Shown here: positions 21,839-32,500 of the stretch, piece after piece
Layout: the number at the start of each line of letters is the position of its first letter
Position numbering within the stretch: position 1 is the stretch's first letter
NCBI GenBank assembly: GCA_963737905.1
Contig: CAVTUQ010000037.1
Span: forward strand, 160,001 to 224,000
Direction of reading: 5' to 3'
From: an uncultured delta proteobacterium
GTDB lineage: Bacteria > Desulfobacterota > Binatia > UBA9968
DNA length: 64,000 nucleotides
The notes under the pieces: generated by a model
Seen by the model: only the letters and a program-made list of their open reading frames with translations
Told to the model about the DNA's origin: nothing
Database searches by the model: none
Program-made: the position numbers and the translations under genes

Positions 21839-22942
21839 ATGACAAACACGAAGCAAATAGTTGATGCGGATACTCACATTGCCGAGTCTGAACGGATGTG
21901 GGAGCTATTCGACCAGGAGATGTACAAGCGGAGACCGGTTCTGGTATCCGTCCCCGACGACACTCTCTATGGAGAGCGTAACGCTTTCTGGCTGATCGAT
22001 GGAAATATTTTCCCAAAGCCGGCCGGCAAAGGGGGATTCAACTTGATCACACCTTCCGCAGCGAAGCGCCAGCAGGTGAGAACCGATATCGCCGTCGGTT
22101 GTCGTGACCTGACCGATCCAGAAACGCGCCTGAAAGACATGGATCGGCTGGGCTTTGACGTCCAGGTGATCTACCCGACATTGTTTCTCATCTATCTGAC
22201 CGACGACGTCGCCCTCGAAGTCTCGTTGACGCGCGCATACAACCGGTTTCTCGCCCAGGCCTGTTCTAAAGCAAATGGCCGCCTAAAGTGGGTAGTCATT
22301 CCACCGCTCCGATCCATTGAAGAATCGGTAAAGGAAATCCGTTGGGCGAAAGAAAATGGCGCGGCTGGAGTTTTCTTCAGGGGTATCGAGGGAAATCTCA
22401 CGCTCGATAATCCGTACTTTTTTCCAGTCTACCAATTGGCCAGCGACCTTGATCTGCCGATCTGTATCCATCAAGGTTCCGGTTCTCCGACGTTTATCAA
22501 CTTTTTCAATCTGGAGCGTAACCGGCAATGGTCTCACTCGGCGGTTCTGCCGCTGTTTGCGTTCAACGATATAGTAAACAACAAAATCCCTGTTCTGTTC
22601 CCGCGTCTCAAATTCGGCTTCATCGAGGCCTATGCCAGTTGGGTTCCGTATCTACTACATTCCTTTAAGCGCCAGTTTCGTGGCGAATGGAAGTACTCAT
22701 CGAGCGCGGATCTCTTCCGCGACTACAGAATTTACGTGGCTTGCGAAACCGAAGAAAATCTACCGCTGCTGGCTGACTGTATCGGTGAAGACAATCTGCT
22801 GATTGGTTCCGACTATGGGCACAACGACCCCTTCGAACAGCGCAATTTTCTTCCGACGCTTCGGTCACAAAACGGCATACCGAGCCGCGTCGTTGAAAAA
22901 ATGGTGCGTGACAATCCCTGCGCTTTCTACGGCATTCATTGA
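21839..22942 (+). CDS. amidohydrolase_2 family (ACMSD/LigI-like) metal-dependent enzyme
   Basis: DADTH, PICIH, FIEA, GSDYGH motifs. Confidence 0.88.
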   Translation: MTNTKQIVDADTHIAESERMWELFDQEMYKRRPVLVSVPDDTLYGERNAFWLIDGNIFPKPAGKGGFNLITPSAAKRQQVRTDIAVGCRDLTDPETRLKDMDRLGFDVQVIYPTLFLIYLTDDVALEVSLTRAYNRFLAQACSKANGRLKWVVIPPLRSIEESVKEIRWAKENGAAGVFFRGIEGNLTLDNPYFFPVYQLASDLDLPICIHQGSGSPTFINFFNLERNRQWSHSAVLPLFAFNDIVNNKIPVLFPRLKFGFIEAYASWVPYLLHSFKRQFRGEWKYSSSADLFRDYRIYVACETEENLPLLADCIGEDNLLIGSDYGHNDPFEQRNFLPTLRSQNGIPSRVVEKMVRDNPCAFYGIH

Positions 22943-23082
22943 TCGTCAACGTAACAACATAGGTCATTCGCCAGATCCTAAATACGGCGAAAACGATTTC
23001 ACGCCACCGCGCCTGCGATTTTCGCTTTGCTCGCGAAGCCGACCGCCAGCTCAGCCAGTCAGGCTGGCGCCCTTGAAAACTA

Positions 23083-24102
23083 TTACGGCTTCCACCCCGC
23101 CTTATTCAGCTGCTGATCCGCTTCCTGTGCGAAGCTGAAGTCGTAGGCCTTTGCAGTCGGGACTGCTTCGCTAGCGTTTACGACTTGACGGATAATGTTG
23201 AGATCGTTTCGCTGTGTTTCCTCGTCGACAAACCCGTTTCTCGTAAACGTCCCGATGAGGTCATCGTACACGCGGGTGGCTTGTTCGCGTGAGACACCAG
23301 AAAATTTCACCAGCGCCGCGATCGTACCCTCCTTGTCCTGCCGAACGTAGCGCAACGCCTTGATCGTCGCCCGGACGAAGCCGCCAACCATTTTTGGATT
23401 CTCTTTAATCAGCTTGTCAGTGGTCGCGAGTGTCCCCCAAGAATTCTTCACTTCACTGCCGAAAAAAAACATTTCCTTCATTCCCTTGTCGAGCCCGACA
23501 TAACGCTGCTCCACGCTCAAGATGGCAGCATCCATGGCACCCGCGAGCAGGGCCGGCAATTGATTTCCCGAGCCGGTATCGAGATAGATGGGGTCTTTGT
23601 TGCCATCTAGCCCATGTTTGGTGAGGATCTGTTTGAGCATAAAGGTTGCAATGGCCCCAGCTCCCGTGGTGGCGATCTTTTTTCCTTTGAGATCCTTAGG
23701 ATTGGTGATGTTCGGTCGGGTGAGCAGCCACTGAAGAACCCGGTCATTGGTCGCGACAACCACCTTTAACGGTGTATTGGCTCTCGCGATACTCACTAGA
23801 GCACTTGTGCCCGCACCGGTAAACTGAACATCGCCACCCAGCATTCCCTGAATACTCGTCGTCGGCGCGATGTAAACAACTCGCAGGTCGATTCCCTCTT
23901 CTTTCATGTAGCCCCGCTCACGTGCCATGGGATAAATGACCATCTGAAAACTCTTCGAGGGAATCGCCATATTGACGGTCTGGAGGGATTGAGCGCTAGA
24001 AAAGGGTGGCGAAAGCAGCGGCAGGGACAGATTCACGATGAACGGTAATAGAACCAACCAAGACAGCGAGTCCCTCCGATTCACTAGGCTTTCCATGGAC
24101 AA
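23083..24102 (-). CDS. NMT1/SsuA-like ABC substrate-binding protein (orphan)
   Basis: GYMKEEGIDL, DLKGKKIAT, ALLAGAMDAAIL; signal peptide. Confidence 0.85.
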   Translation of the reverse strand: MSMESLVNRRDSLSWLVLLPFIVNLSLPLLSPPFSSAQSLQTVNMAIPSKSFQMVIYPMARERGYMKEEGIDLRVVYIAPTTSIQGMLGGDVQFTGAGTSALVSIARANTPLKVVVATNDRVLQWLLTRPNITNPKDLKGKKIATTGAGAIATFMLKQILTKHGLDGNKDPIYLDTGSGNQLPALLAGAMDAAILSVEQRYVGLDKGMKEMFFFGSEVKNSWGTLATTDKLIKENPKMVGGFVRATIKALRYVRQDKEGTIAALVKFSGVSREQATRVYDDLIGTFTRNGFVDEETQRNDLNIIRQVVNASEAVPTAKAYDFSFAQEADQQLNKAGWKP

Positions 24103-24118
24103 TCCTCCTGTCGAATCA

Positions 24119-24156
24119 CCCTCACCCCTTCTCTCTCCCTCGAGCGAGGGAGAGGG
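24119..24156. repeat. REP-like palindrome of the CCCTCACCC...CTCTCCC...GGGAGAGGG class
   Basis: ccctcaccccttctctctccctcgagcgagggagaggg. Confidence 0.65.
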
Positions 24157-24195
24157 TTAAAGGGCCGATGAGCAGATGCGAGTGCTTGGCGTGCT

Positions 24196-25290
24196 TTAGT
24201 TCAATGGATAAAGAAGCTTCGGATTGTCAAAGAAGATTTTATCCGTAAGCGCCGGCGGAATGTCCTCGCGCGCGCGCATAGCGGCCACGAGCTGGCGCTC
24301 CTCGGATGGATCTTGGTGACCGTAGTCCGAGCCGATGATCAAGTGATCAGCGCCTGTATACTCGGAAATATACTTAACGTCTTCGTCCGCCTCGCAGGCG
24401 ACAAAAATCCGATATTCGCGGAACATGTCCGCGTCCGAGGAAAATTTCCATTTCTCTCGGAATAATCTCTTTATAATGTGCATCATGAACGGCACCCAAC
24501 CCGCGGAGGCCTCGATGAAACCGAACCTGAGCTTGGGGAACTGCTCGGGAATTTTGTTGCCGATCAGATCTCTAAACGCGAAAAGCGGCTGCACTCGACT
24601 GTGGCCGAACGTATGGTTGCGTTCGACGTCGAAAAGCTTGAGAAATAGCGGGCAGCCGGCGCCGGTATGAATCAAGATCGGCAGGTCCGTTTCGCTGGCG
24701 GTTTGGTAGATCGGATTGAAGTATGGATTGTCTAAGGTCCGCTCGCCTTCGATGCCGCGGAAGAAAACGCCGACGGCGCCGTTATCCTTGCCCCATTTAA
24801 TTTCTTTCACCGACTCTTCCACCGAATGAAGCGGCGGCACCACCACCCAGCGCATGCGGCTGCCACCTTTGGCGCAGGCCTGAGCGATGAAGCGATTGTA
24901 GGCGCGGGCCATTGCGATGTCTAAAGCTGCATCGTCGGTAATATAGATCAAAAATAAGGTCGGAAAGACGACCTGGGTATCGACTTGAAGCCTGTCCATG
25001 TCGTTAAGCCGGCTGGAAATGTCGGTCATTTCTCGGCATCCGATGGCGATGTCGCCGCGGGCGGATTCGAGCTTGCTCGCAGACGGGGTGATGAGACGGA
25101 AACTACCCTTGCCGTTAGGCTTGGGAAAAATGTTACCGTCGATCAACCAAAACGCATTACGCGGGCCGTAAAGCGTATCCTCCGGACCTTTCAGCAGCAC
25201 CGGGCGCCGATGGTGCATCTCTTTTTCCATCATGTTCCACATAGCCTCGGATTCCGAAATATGGGTATCCGAATCGATTATGCCTGCCAT
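24196..25290 (-). CDS. amidohydrolase_2 family enzyme, paralog of 21839-22942
   Basis: DSDTH, PILIH, GSDYGH; shares DTLYG.RNAFWLIDGNIFPKP.GKG.F.LITPSA with the paralog. Confidence 0.88.
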   Translation of the reverse strand: MAGIIDSDTHISESEAMWNMMEKEMHHRRPVLLKGPEDTLYGPRNAFWLIDGNIFPKPNGKGSFRLITPSASKLESARGDIAIGCREMTDISSRLNDMDRLQVDTQVVFPTLFLIYITDDAALDIAMARAYNRFIAQACAKGGSRMRWVVVPPLHSVEESVKEIKWGKDNGAVGVFFRGIEGERTLDNPYFNPIYQTASETDLPILIHTGAGCPLFLKLFDVERNHTFGHSRVQPLFAFRDLIGNKIPEQFPKLRFGFIEASAGWVPFMMHIIKRLFREKWKFSSDADMFREYRIFVACEADEDVKYISEYTGADHLIIGSDYGHQDPSEERQLVAAMRAREDIPPALTDKIFFDNPKLLYPLN

Positions 25291-25404
25291 AGAAACCTCC
25301 TATCGTTTGATTCTTTTTTTTATCCACACTGTGCTGCCCGAGATATAGCAAGAAACCACATTTTGAGGTAGTCCCGCGAAACGAGGGGAGAGACCACAGC
25401 CATG

Positions 25405-26319
25405 CTATTCCTTGAGACTCCCTGGTATGATCCATTCGGTTGCCACACCACGCGCCCCACCCGGAGTATCCGGAGCCACTTGCGATAAAAGTTTCTCCAA
25501 CTGCTTGAACTCCACCCTCAGTTCCTCGTCCATGCAGACCAGATATTCATCAAAGATCTTAGCACCCAAAGAAGGCGGATGAGCAAATTGCTTTTCAAGC
25601 ATTCGAATGGTCGCTTCCCGCTGCGTCTTAAGATATCGAATCCCCTCGCGGTGGGCTTGCAAAAATGTAGAAAAATCCTTTCCTCGCTCTCGCAGCAGTG
25701 TCGCGGTTGTTTCAATCGAAATGGGCAGTGGATCATCGACTATGTCGGGCCAGTCCGTGATTCTTTTAAACCCTCGTTCTTCAGCCCAGAAACCATAAGG
25801 TCGGGGCAGCAAAGCCGCGCTAACTTTTCCGTTGACCAAGAGATTGAAAGCCTCCTGATCGCTGTTTGGCAATTGAAAGACCGGGTCTTCGCCAATGCTT
25901 AGTTGCGCCCGCTCTCGGAAAGTGTCCGCGATGGGGTTATTGCGAGAAGGGCCTTCTCGACAAACAATGGTTTTTCCCCTGAGGTCTCTGAGCTGTCGAA
26001 TGACAGGGCTGGCAACAAGATAGTAAGGGCAACTATTCATCGCGCAGCCGAGAATCCTCGTAGTCTTGGAATCCAGAAAGTGCTGCAGGGAAGCTCTCCC
26101 GACAACTAGCGAGATCTGCGCGGTGCCGTCTTCCAATCTTCGATAGCGCTCCTCCGTTCCCTGAACATGATTCCACGATACCTCCAGCCCATGCTTCTGA
26201 TAGATACCGGCCTCGATGGAGAGATAACCGGAGGGATCGCGGGCGAACTTACCTTCGGTTCCTTCGAGGTGGCCATACATTATGCTGAGTTGAACCGGGC
26301 TCATATTCGATCCCTCCAC
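25405..26319 (-). CDS. NMT1/SsuA-like binding-fold protein lacking a signal peptide
   Basis: GIYQKHGLEV, DLRGKTIV, GKVSAALL; no hydrophobic N-terminus. Confidence 0.7.
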   Translation of the reverse strand: MEGSNMSPVQLSIMYGHLEGTEGKFARDPSGYLSIEAGIYQKHGLEVSWNHVQGTEERYRRLEDGTAQISLVVGRASLQHFLDSKTTRILGCAMNSCPYYLVASPVIRQLRDLRGKTIVCREGPSRNNPIADTFRERAQLSIGEDPVFQLPNSDQEAFNLLVNGKVSAALLPRPYGFWAEERGFKRITDWPDIVDDPLPISIETTATLLRERGKDFSTFLQAHREGIRYLKTQREATIRMLEKQFAHPPSLGAKIFDEYLVCMDEELRVEFKQLEKLLSQVAPDTPGGARGVATEWIIPGSLKE

Positions 26320-26430
26320 AATCCGTGCTCAACTGTCTCTATAGTACGCCTCCATTCGACACACAAATGCGACCCGGACTCCGATTTGCTGACAGGACCT
26401 ATAACAAATCTGTGAATTACATCTCGCGTC

Positions 26431-26460
26431 TTGACAAGTTCTCGCCCACCGGAATAAAGT
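26431..26460 (+). promoter_or_regulatory. sigma70-type promoter of the cupin gene
   Basis: TTGACA-N18-TAAAGT. Confidence 0.45.
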
Positions 26461-26507
26461 CGGTTGAAGTTCAAACCAACTTATAACCCAACCAAAAGGA
26501 GGTCACT

Positions 26508-26933
26508 ATGCAGCTCTTGGATGTCTTGGAAATGGCCAAAGGCAGAAAGAAAGGACAGCGACGGATGGATCTGTTCAGGAGGGAGAATCTCGAGACTTGG
26601 ATCCTTACCTTTCCCCCAGGCGACGTTCAGCGGATGCACAACCATCCTTCGGACCGCACTTACTACGTGCTGACGGGTCGGGGAATCATGAAGGGTCTCA
26701 ACGAAAGTCATGAGGTCTCAGCGGGTCAGATCATCAGCATTCCAGCCCATGAGTATTATGAAGGATCGAATCCCTACGATGAGCCGATGATCCTGCTCGG
26801 CAACAGTCACAAAGCCACGCCGGAAGACGTGGCCAAGGCCGGCGGTCAGCGAAACGAAATCGATGAAAAGACCGGCAAGCGAATCATCTATCAACACGGT
26901 GGCGGCCAAGACCAGGGAGTGTTGGCGGACTAA
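26508..26933 (+). CDS. cupin domain protein
   Basis: HNHPSDRTYYVLTGRG and AGQIISIPAHEY cupin motifs; AGGAGG RBS. Confidence 0.82.
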   Translation: MQLLDVLEMAKGRKKGQRRMDLFRRENLETWILTFPPGDVQRMHNHPSDRTYYVLTGRGIMKGLNESHEVSAGQIISIPAHEYYEGSNPYDEPMILLGNSHKATPEDVAKAGGQRNEIDEKTGKRIIYQHGGGQDQGVLAD

Positions 26934-26957
26934 ATCGAAAAGTCGCGAACCGCACCT

Positions 26958-26992
26958 AAGCCCGGCCCGGGGATAACCCGGCCGGGCTTTTT
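26958..26992 (+). terminator. rho-independent terminator
   Basis: aagcccggc...gccgggctt GC stem followed by a T-run. Confidence 0.8.
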
Positions 26993-27097
26993 GTATTTGC
27001 ACATGGACCACGATAGCCGATTTTCGGCATATGCTCCTCCTATCGCAGCCAGCAAAGTAACTATTAAGGTTTATATAATATAGTGACGAAGCATAGT

Positions 27098-27636
27098 TTA
27101 AAACAATTCGGCTTGTTGCCAAAAAGCCGTGATGAGTTTAGGGCGACGACGCATGCGTTTGAGAGCCCGGATGGCATGATAGCTCAGCTCGGTGAACGTC
27201 TTCGGACAGAAGTTGGGAAGCTCATGATGCTTCCAATACCCCCATATGTACTCCACCGGATTGAGTTCCGGAGCATAAGCCGGCAGGTACTCCAGGCAGA
27301 TCGCGCCCTTCTGATCGGTCACAAACTGTTGCACCAGGCGGCTGCGATGGGGTTTGGAGCGATCCCAAATCACCAATAATTTCTTCTTGAGGTGACGCCG
27401 AAGATGGCTAAGAAACTCCACCACCTGGGGACTGCGAATGCTACCCTGATGCAACTGAAAGTAAAAATTCCACCAGGTGATCCCGGCCACCGCCGAAAGC
27501 CTCTTCCAGTTAAAAGAATACTGCAGCACCGGGGTTTGCCCTTTGGGCGCCCAGGTCCGACAGCGGTGCGGCCGTTGGCTCAGCCCGCTCTCATCGATGA
27601 ACACTATCGTGCGTCTTTCTTGCTGGGCTTTTTTTT
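27098..27636 (-). CDS. IS630 transposase DDE part (ORF B, reached by -1 frameshift)
   Basis: FIDES, VIWD and PAYAPELNPVE catalytic motifs; -1 frame is open from the A-run (KAQQERRTIVFIDE). Confidence 0.9.
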
Positions 27637-28107
27637 AAGCCTGGGCCAGCTCCGCTTCTTCCATCGCTCGATGGCCGGTTCATCGCGTTCCCACGCCCGT
27701 CCCGTGGGCCGCTGGCAGCTCCATCCCAGTTTGCCTAACAGCCAGCCCACATGCCCGGGGTGGTACTCCACTCCAAAATCCCGCTCTATCAGCTTAGCCA
27801 CACGTTCCAGAGTCCAGAGGTTGGTTTCATACCCTACGGCTTGGGGCCCCTGCTTGAGGCGGCTCTCTAGCTTTTTCACATCCGCCTCACTTAAACGGGG
27901 CTTGCGTCCCGCTCGACCCGCTTTTTTCAATCCCCCGCGTCCGTGCTTCTCGATTTGTTGGGCCCAGCGATTGACCGACTGGCGGTGCACGCCTACTTGC
28001 CGTGCTACCTCCGCTTCACTGAATCCCTTTTTCAGCAACCGGAAAGCCTCAAAGCGACGATCCTCTAACGCCTCAAAATCTCTCTTGACTCCTGCTGGAT
28101 TTCCCAT
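27604..28107 (-). CDS. IS630 transposase N-terminal HTH part (ORF A)
   Basis: EVARQVGVHRQSVNRW and WTLERVAKLIE HTH segments; ends after the A8G slippery site at 27628-27636. Confidence 0.9.
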   Translation of the reverse strand: MGNPAGVKRDFEALEDRRFEAFRLLKKGFSEAEVARQVGVHRQSVNRWAQQIEKHGRGGLKKAGRAGRKPRLSEADVKKLESRLKQGPQAVGYETNLWTLERVAKLIERDFGVEYHPGHVGWLLGKLGWSCQRPTGRAWERDEPAIERWKKRSWPRLKKKPSKKDAR

Positions 28108-28158
28108 GCAGAATTATTTATCACAAGTGTCACCTTAAGTCACTATATTTTATGAAAT

Positions 28159-29277
28159 TTAATATTTCGCTAGATTCAGAATTTGACTCAGGCGCAGGTG
28201 AATGCGCCGGACCCGTTCCACCTGCCCCTTGGCGGGGAAGCGCTCGTAAAAACCTTCAGCGCGAAACTCTTTAGCCAATTCCGTCCACGGCCGCATGGCT
28301 CCAACAAAGGCGCGGGGCTCGCGACTCTCCTCCCAGACTTGAATGAGTTTGCGGTTCCGGATCAAATCGCCCAATACCCGCAAGAGCGCTTTCAAGGTCA
28401 CGTCCCGGGTGAACATATACCTCTCGTTATCGCCCCAGACGGAATTCATCACTTCCCGCACGGCCTTTAAATAATCCCGAATCAAGGCATAAGCGCGGTC
28501 GGCACGAAGCTGGAACCGTTCGTCAAAGAATCTACGGTTCGCCAGCACGACTTTGTGGATCTCGTTGAAAAGTTCGGATTGGAGAATCCACTTTTCCTGT
28601 CGACTCCGTCCGCCCAGCCGGTTGATGCGATAGCGCAGCGGGGAGTCGGTTTCCTCGTACAGCAAATTGACAACCTTCGCAGCGAACTTTTTCTCCGGCG
28701 TTTCCCAGGACACTCGCTCGTAGAGATCTACCAGATGCGATTTGTTGATCCGGGTATGGGTCGAGTTGATGATGACGAACATCTCCGTGGCGAAATCGGC
28801 ACTTTTGCCGTCGAAGACTACGCATGGAACCTCTACTTGCTCGGCCATCTCCGGATGTTTCTGGCGAAAGAAATGGAGCGCCGCCAACCGATGTTGGCCG
28901 TCGATGACCAGAAACTTGCCGTCCGGCTCGCTTAAAAAACCGATGCTGTCGGAGGCATCTGAGCGGCGAAAACGCAAAGTCTCATCGGTAAACAGAAGAA
29001 CCGTACCCGGAATCAAAGGCTGGCTTACCGCCGTCTCATAGAAGTTAACGATTTGACGGATTTTTCTTCGGTTAAGGATGCGCTGGAACGATTTTTCGCT
29101 CTTTTCGATACCGGCAATGAATCGTGCGACTTCGTCTTCGCCCGGCTCGTCCGCTTCGATCTGTTCTCCTTCAAAATAGTAGCGGCTGGTGAAGCTGACT
29201 CGATCTAAAAGATCTGCGGCTTTGTAGGCGATAAAATAAAACGTTCCATCCTTTTGTACGACACGCGTCGCCAGCAT
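28159..29277 (-). CDS. DGQHR domain protein (DndB/DpdB-like)
   Basis: FQRILN, VIDGQHRLAAL and MFVIINS motifs; GGAGG RBS. Confidence 0.88.
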   Translation of the reverse strand: MLATRVVQKDGTFYFIAYKAADLLDRVSFTSRYYFEGEQIEADEPGEDEVARFIAGIEKSEKSFQRILNRRKIRQIVNFYETAVSQPLIPGTVLLFTDETLRFRRSDASDSIGFLSEPDGKFLVIDGQHRLAALHFFRQKHPEMAEQVEVPCVVFDGKSADFATEMFVIINSTHTRINKSHLVDLYERVSWETPEKKFAAKVVNLLYEETDSPLRYRINRLGGRSRQEKWILQSELFNEIHKVVLANRRFFDERFQLRADRAYALIRDYLKAVREVMNSVWGDNERYMFTRDVTLKALLRVLGDLIRNRKLIQVWEESREPRAFVGAMRPWTELAKEFRAEGFYERFPAKGQVERVRRIHLRLSQILNLAKY

Positions 29278-29569
29278 AGACTACCCTCCCTCTGGGCGAT
29301 TATAAATCCCTCGCTTGGCCTTTTGCCACTAAAAAGAACCCGCAGCGACCGCAAACAAAACCCTTTAGCATTCACCCCTTGAGAGAAAATAAGTTGGGCT
29401 CGAGCCGGACCAAGTGACGGCGGCTCCAAACGAGCAAACCGGGCGAGCCATGACCCCTATTGGACTAAAGTCCAATAGGCACATGGACCTCTTTCAGGCT
29501 ATTTTCATCCCCAAAAGCGACACACGAGAAATTCACATCTGTTTGTGGTATCTTTACTTGGATATCCCG

Positions 29570-32500
29570 ATGGCCAGCAAACCGGTTTCTTTCGATCTGA
29601 CGCAGGCGCTTTCATTTGCCTCCCGTCTTTTTTCTTTTGTCAACAAGAAGCGACTCCAATTCTGGCTCTGGCTGGTCCTGATTGTCTTGATTTTGGTTGC
29701 TTGCGCTTACATCGAGTTTCAAACCTCGCTCCTACAATCGTGGTTCTTTACTCGCACCAATGAGCAACTTTCCTATCAATTAACAAAGGGGCGTAGTGAC
29801 GCCATCGCCTTTCCGCGCTCTGCTCCTTTTGATGACCGTAGGGGCTATTCAAAGCTACCCGGCTTTCAGTCCCGCCTTGAGGCCCAGGGATATCAGGTTA
29901 CACAGCAGGCGCGACAATCGGAGCAGATGGTGAAGCTTATTAAGCGGGGAATCTCACCCCCCTACGTGGAACCGCCAGAAACCGGTCTCGATATCCGTGG
30001 CGCTGACGGCTTGTCTCTTTTTCGCCATGCTCAATCAGAGTTTTTGTTCGCCAAGATGGACGACATTCCTCCCTTGCTGGTGAAAACGCTCCTTTTCCTC
30101 GAAAACCGGGATCTCGACCACCCTGCTTCCCCATGGCAGAATCCCGCCATCGAGTGGGACCGTCTATTCAAGGCCGCAGTGTTCTATATCGCTTCCAAAC
30201 TTTACATCGAAGTGCCGGTACAGGGTGGCAGCACTCTCGCGGTACAATTGGAGAAGTTTCGCCATTCGCCCAAAGGGCGCACAGAATCACCCGTTGAAAA
30301 ATACCGCCAGCTTGTTGGCGCAAGCCTGAAGGCCTACCGCGAAGGGTGGAATACTCGCGCGTGGAGAGAACGGATCGTTGTCGATTATTTCAATACCGTT
30401 CCGCTGGCGGCGGCGCCGAGCTACGGCGAAATTCACGGCCTGGGCGAGGGACTCTTCGCTTGGTTCGGCATGCAGTTGACCGACGTTGTCAGCGCGCTGA
30501 AGGCTCCCGGACTGACTCCCGCTAAAGTGCGTGCTTTCAAGCATTCCCTGGCATTGCTTATTTCAGTACGCGCGCCATCCGTTTTCCTGGTGGATGAGCG
30601 AGCTTCGCTGGAAGAAAAGGTAGACCAGTTTACCCGGTTGATGGCGCGATCGGGAATCATCGATGGGGATTTCGCCGCCGCATTGCAGGAGACCCCGATC
30701 AAGTTCATCCCCGCAGCACCGCTGCCGCCTCAACCTTCCTCGGGCAAAAACAAGGCGGCTAACGCCATTCGCACGACCATGATGGAGTCCCTGGGTACCA
30801 ATAATGTTTACGATCTGAATCGTTTCCATTTGGAGGTTCAGAGCACCATCGATGTCCCGTTGCAGAAAGCGATAACCGATTTCCTCCACAGTTTGGCGAA
30901 TCCGGAAGTGATCAAAGCCCGGGGATTGAACGGCGAGCGACTTCTCGAGAACGCCGATCCTAAAAAAGTAATTTATTCTTTCCTATTGGTGGAGCCCACT
31001 CCGGAAGGAAACCTCGTACGGGTACAGGCGGACAATCTTGCCGCGCCGTTTGATTTCAATAAGAGCGTCAAACTGGAACTCGGCAGTACCGCCAAGCTGC
31101 GCACACTCACGCACTATCTTGAACTCATCGCGCGCGCTGCACAAAGAGCTTGCGACCTTGGATGCCGACGGTCTGAAGACGAAAGCTCAGCAAGCGCGCG
31201 ATCCACTGACCAAGTGGGCTGTTGAGACTTTGCAGAAGGAAAAGAACCTCACTCTGGAAGCCTTTCTCGATCTCGCCATGGAGCGCAAATACTCGGCCAG
31301 CCCCTGGGAAACTTTTTTCACCGGCGGCGGCATTCACCATTTCGAAAACTTCGAACCCGAAGATAACAAGCGCAACCTTGAGCTGCGGGATGCGTTCCGC
31401 AACTCAACGAATCTCGTATTCATCCGTTTGATGCGCGACATCGTGAGCTATCATCGCGCGCGCTTGCAGTACAACTCCGATGCCGTCCTTTCCGATCCGA
31501 CAAACCCGGACCGTAAACGCATGCTTCAGGAGATCGCCGAAGAAGAATCCCGCACTGTTATTGCGTCGAGCCTATCAAGCCTATCACGGGCAGACCGAAC
31601 AACAGATCATTGCTCGATTGCTGGAGACGAAAAAGAACGCAGAGCGGCGACTGGCTATCCTCTTTTTCGCCTGGCGAATCGGCACTGATGAGCAAGCATT
31701 GGCGGCTTGGCTGGAACAGAACCAGATAAAAATTAAGGAACAAGACTTATCCAAGTTGTTCCGCGCTTACCAAAACCCCCGTTTGACCCTGGTGGACTAT
31801 GCTTATCTTCTTTCGCTCCACCCGCTGGATCTCTGGTGTGCCAGCGAATATCGGAGAAATCCCGAGCTGTCATGGGAGAAACTCGTCGCCGACAGCAGCG
31901 ATGCCCGGCGCCAGGGTTCTGCATGGCTCCTCAACCCGCACAACCGAAGGGCCCAGGACCTCCGCCTGCGTATCATCATGGAGAAGGATGCCTTTACCCG
32001 GATGCTGCCCTACTGGCAACGGCTGGGCTTTCCGTTCAAAACTATGGTGCCTTCCTACGCAACAGCGATTGGTAACTCCTCAGATCGACCCGTGGCTTTG
32101 GCTGAGTTAATCGGGATCTTGGTAAACGATGGCGTGCGGCGGCCCAATACGGAGCTGAGCAACATTCATTTCGCCCGCGGTACGCCCTACGAGACGGTCT
32201 TCGAGCGGAAGACAGAGCCAGGACAGCAAGTGCTTGTCCCGGAAGTGGCCCGGGTCGTGAGAAAAACGATGGCCGCTGTGGTGGAGAGCGGAACCGCACG
32301 GCGACTCGCTGGTGTCTTTCGACTGCCCGACGGGAAGCTGATCACGGTCGGAGGAAAAACCGGTTCCGGTGACAACCGAATTAAGACCTTTAATCGATGG
32401 GGCAACGTAACCTCTTCGCGGGCGACCAATAGAACCGCCGCTTTCGTTTTTTATATAGGCGATCGCTACTTTGGCGTCATCACCGCGTATGTGCAGGGAC

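Larger units (their letters stand above)
27064..28162 (-). mobile_element. IS630-family insertion sequence, apparently intact, flanked by TA
   Basis: Inverted ends 27062-27087 and 28139-28164 match at 22/26 including the flanking TA; two-ORF transposase inside. Confidence 0.92.

Noticed and set aside
27392-28138. 248-aa plus-strand ORF inside the IS, and other long antisense ORFs (e.g. 6148-6816, 36856-37674, 58767-59408)
   Set aside because: Shadow frames of well-supported genes on the opposite strand with no motifs of their own
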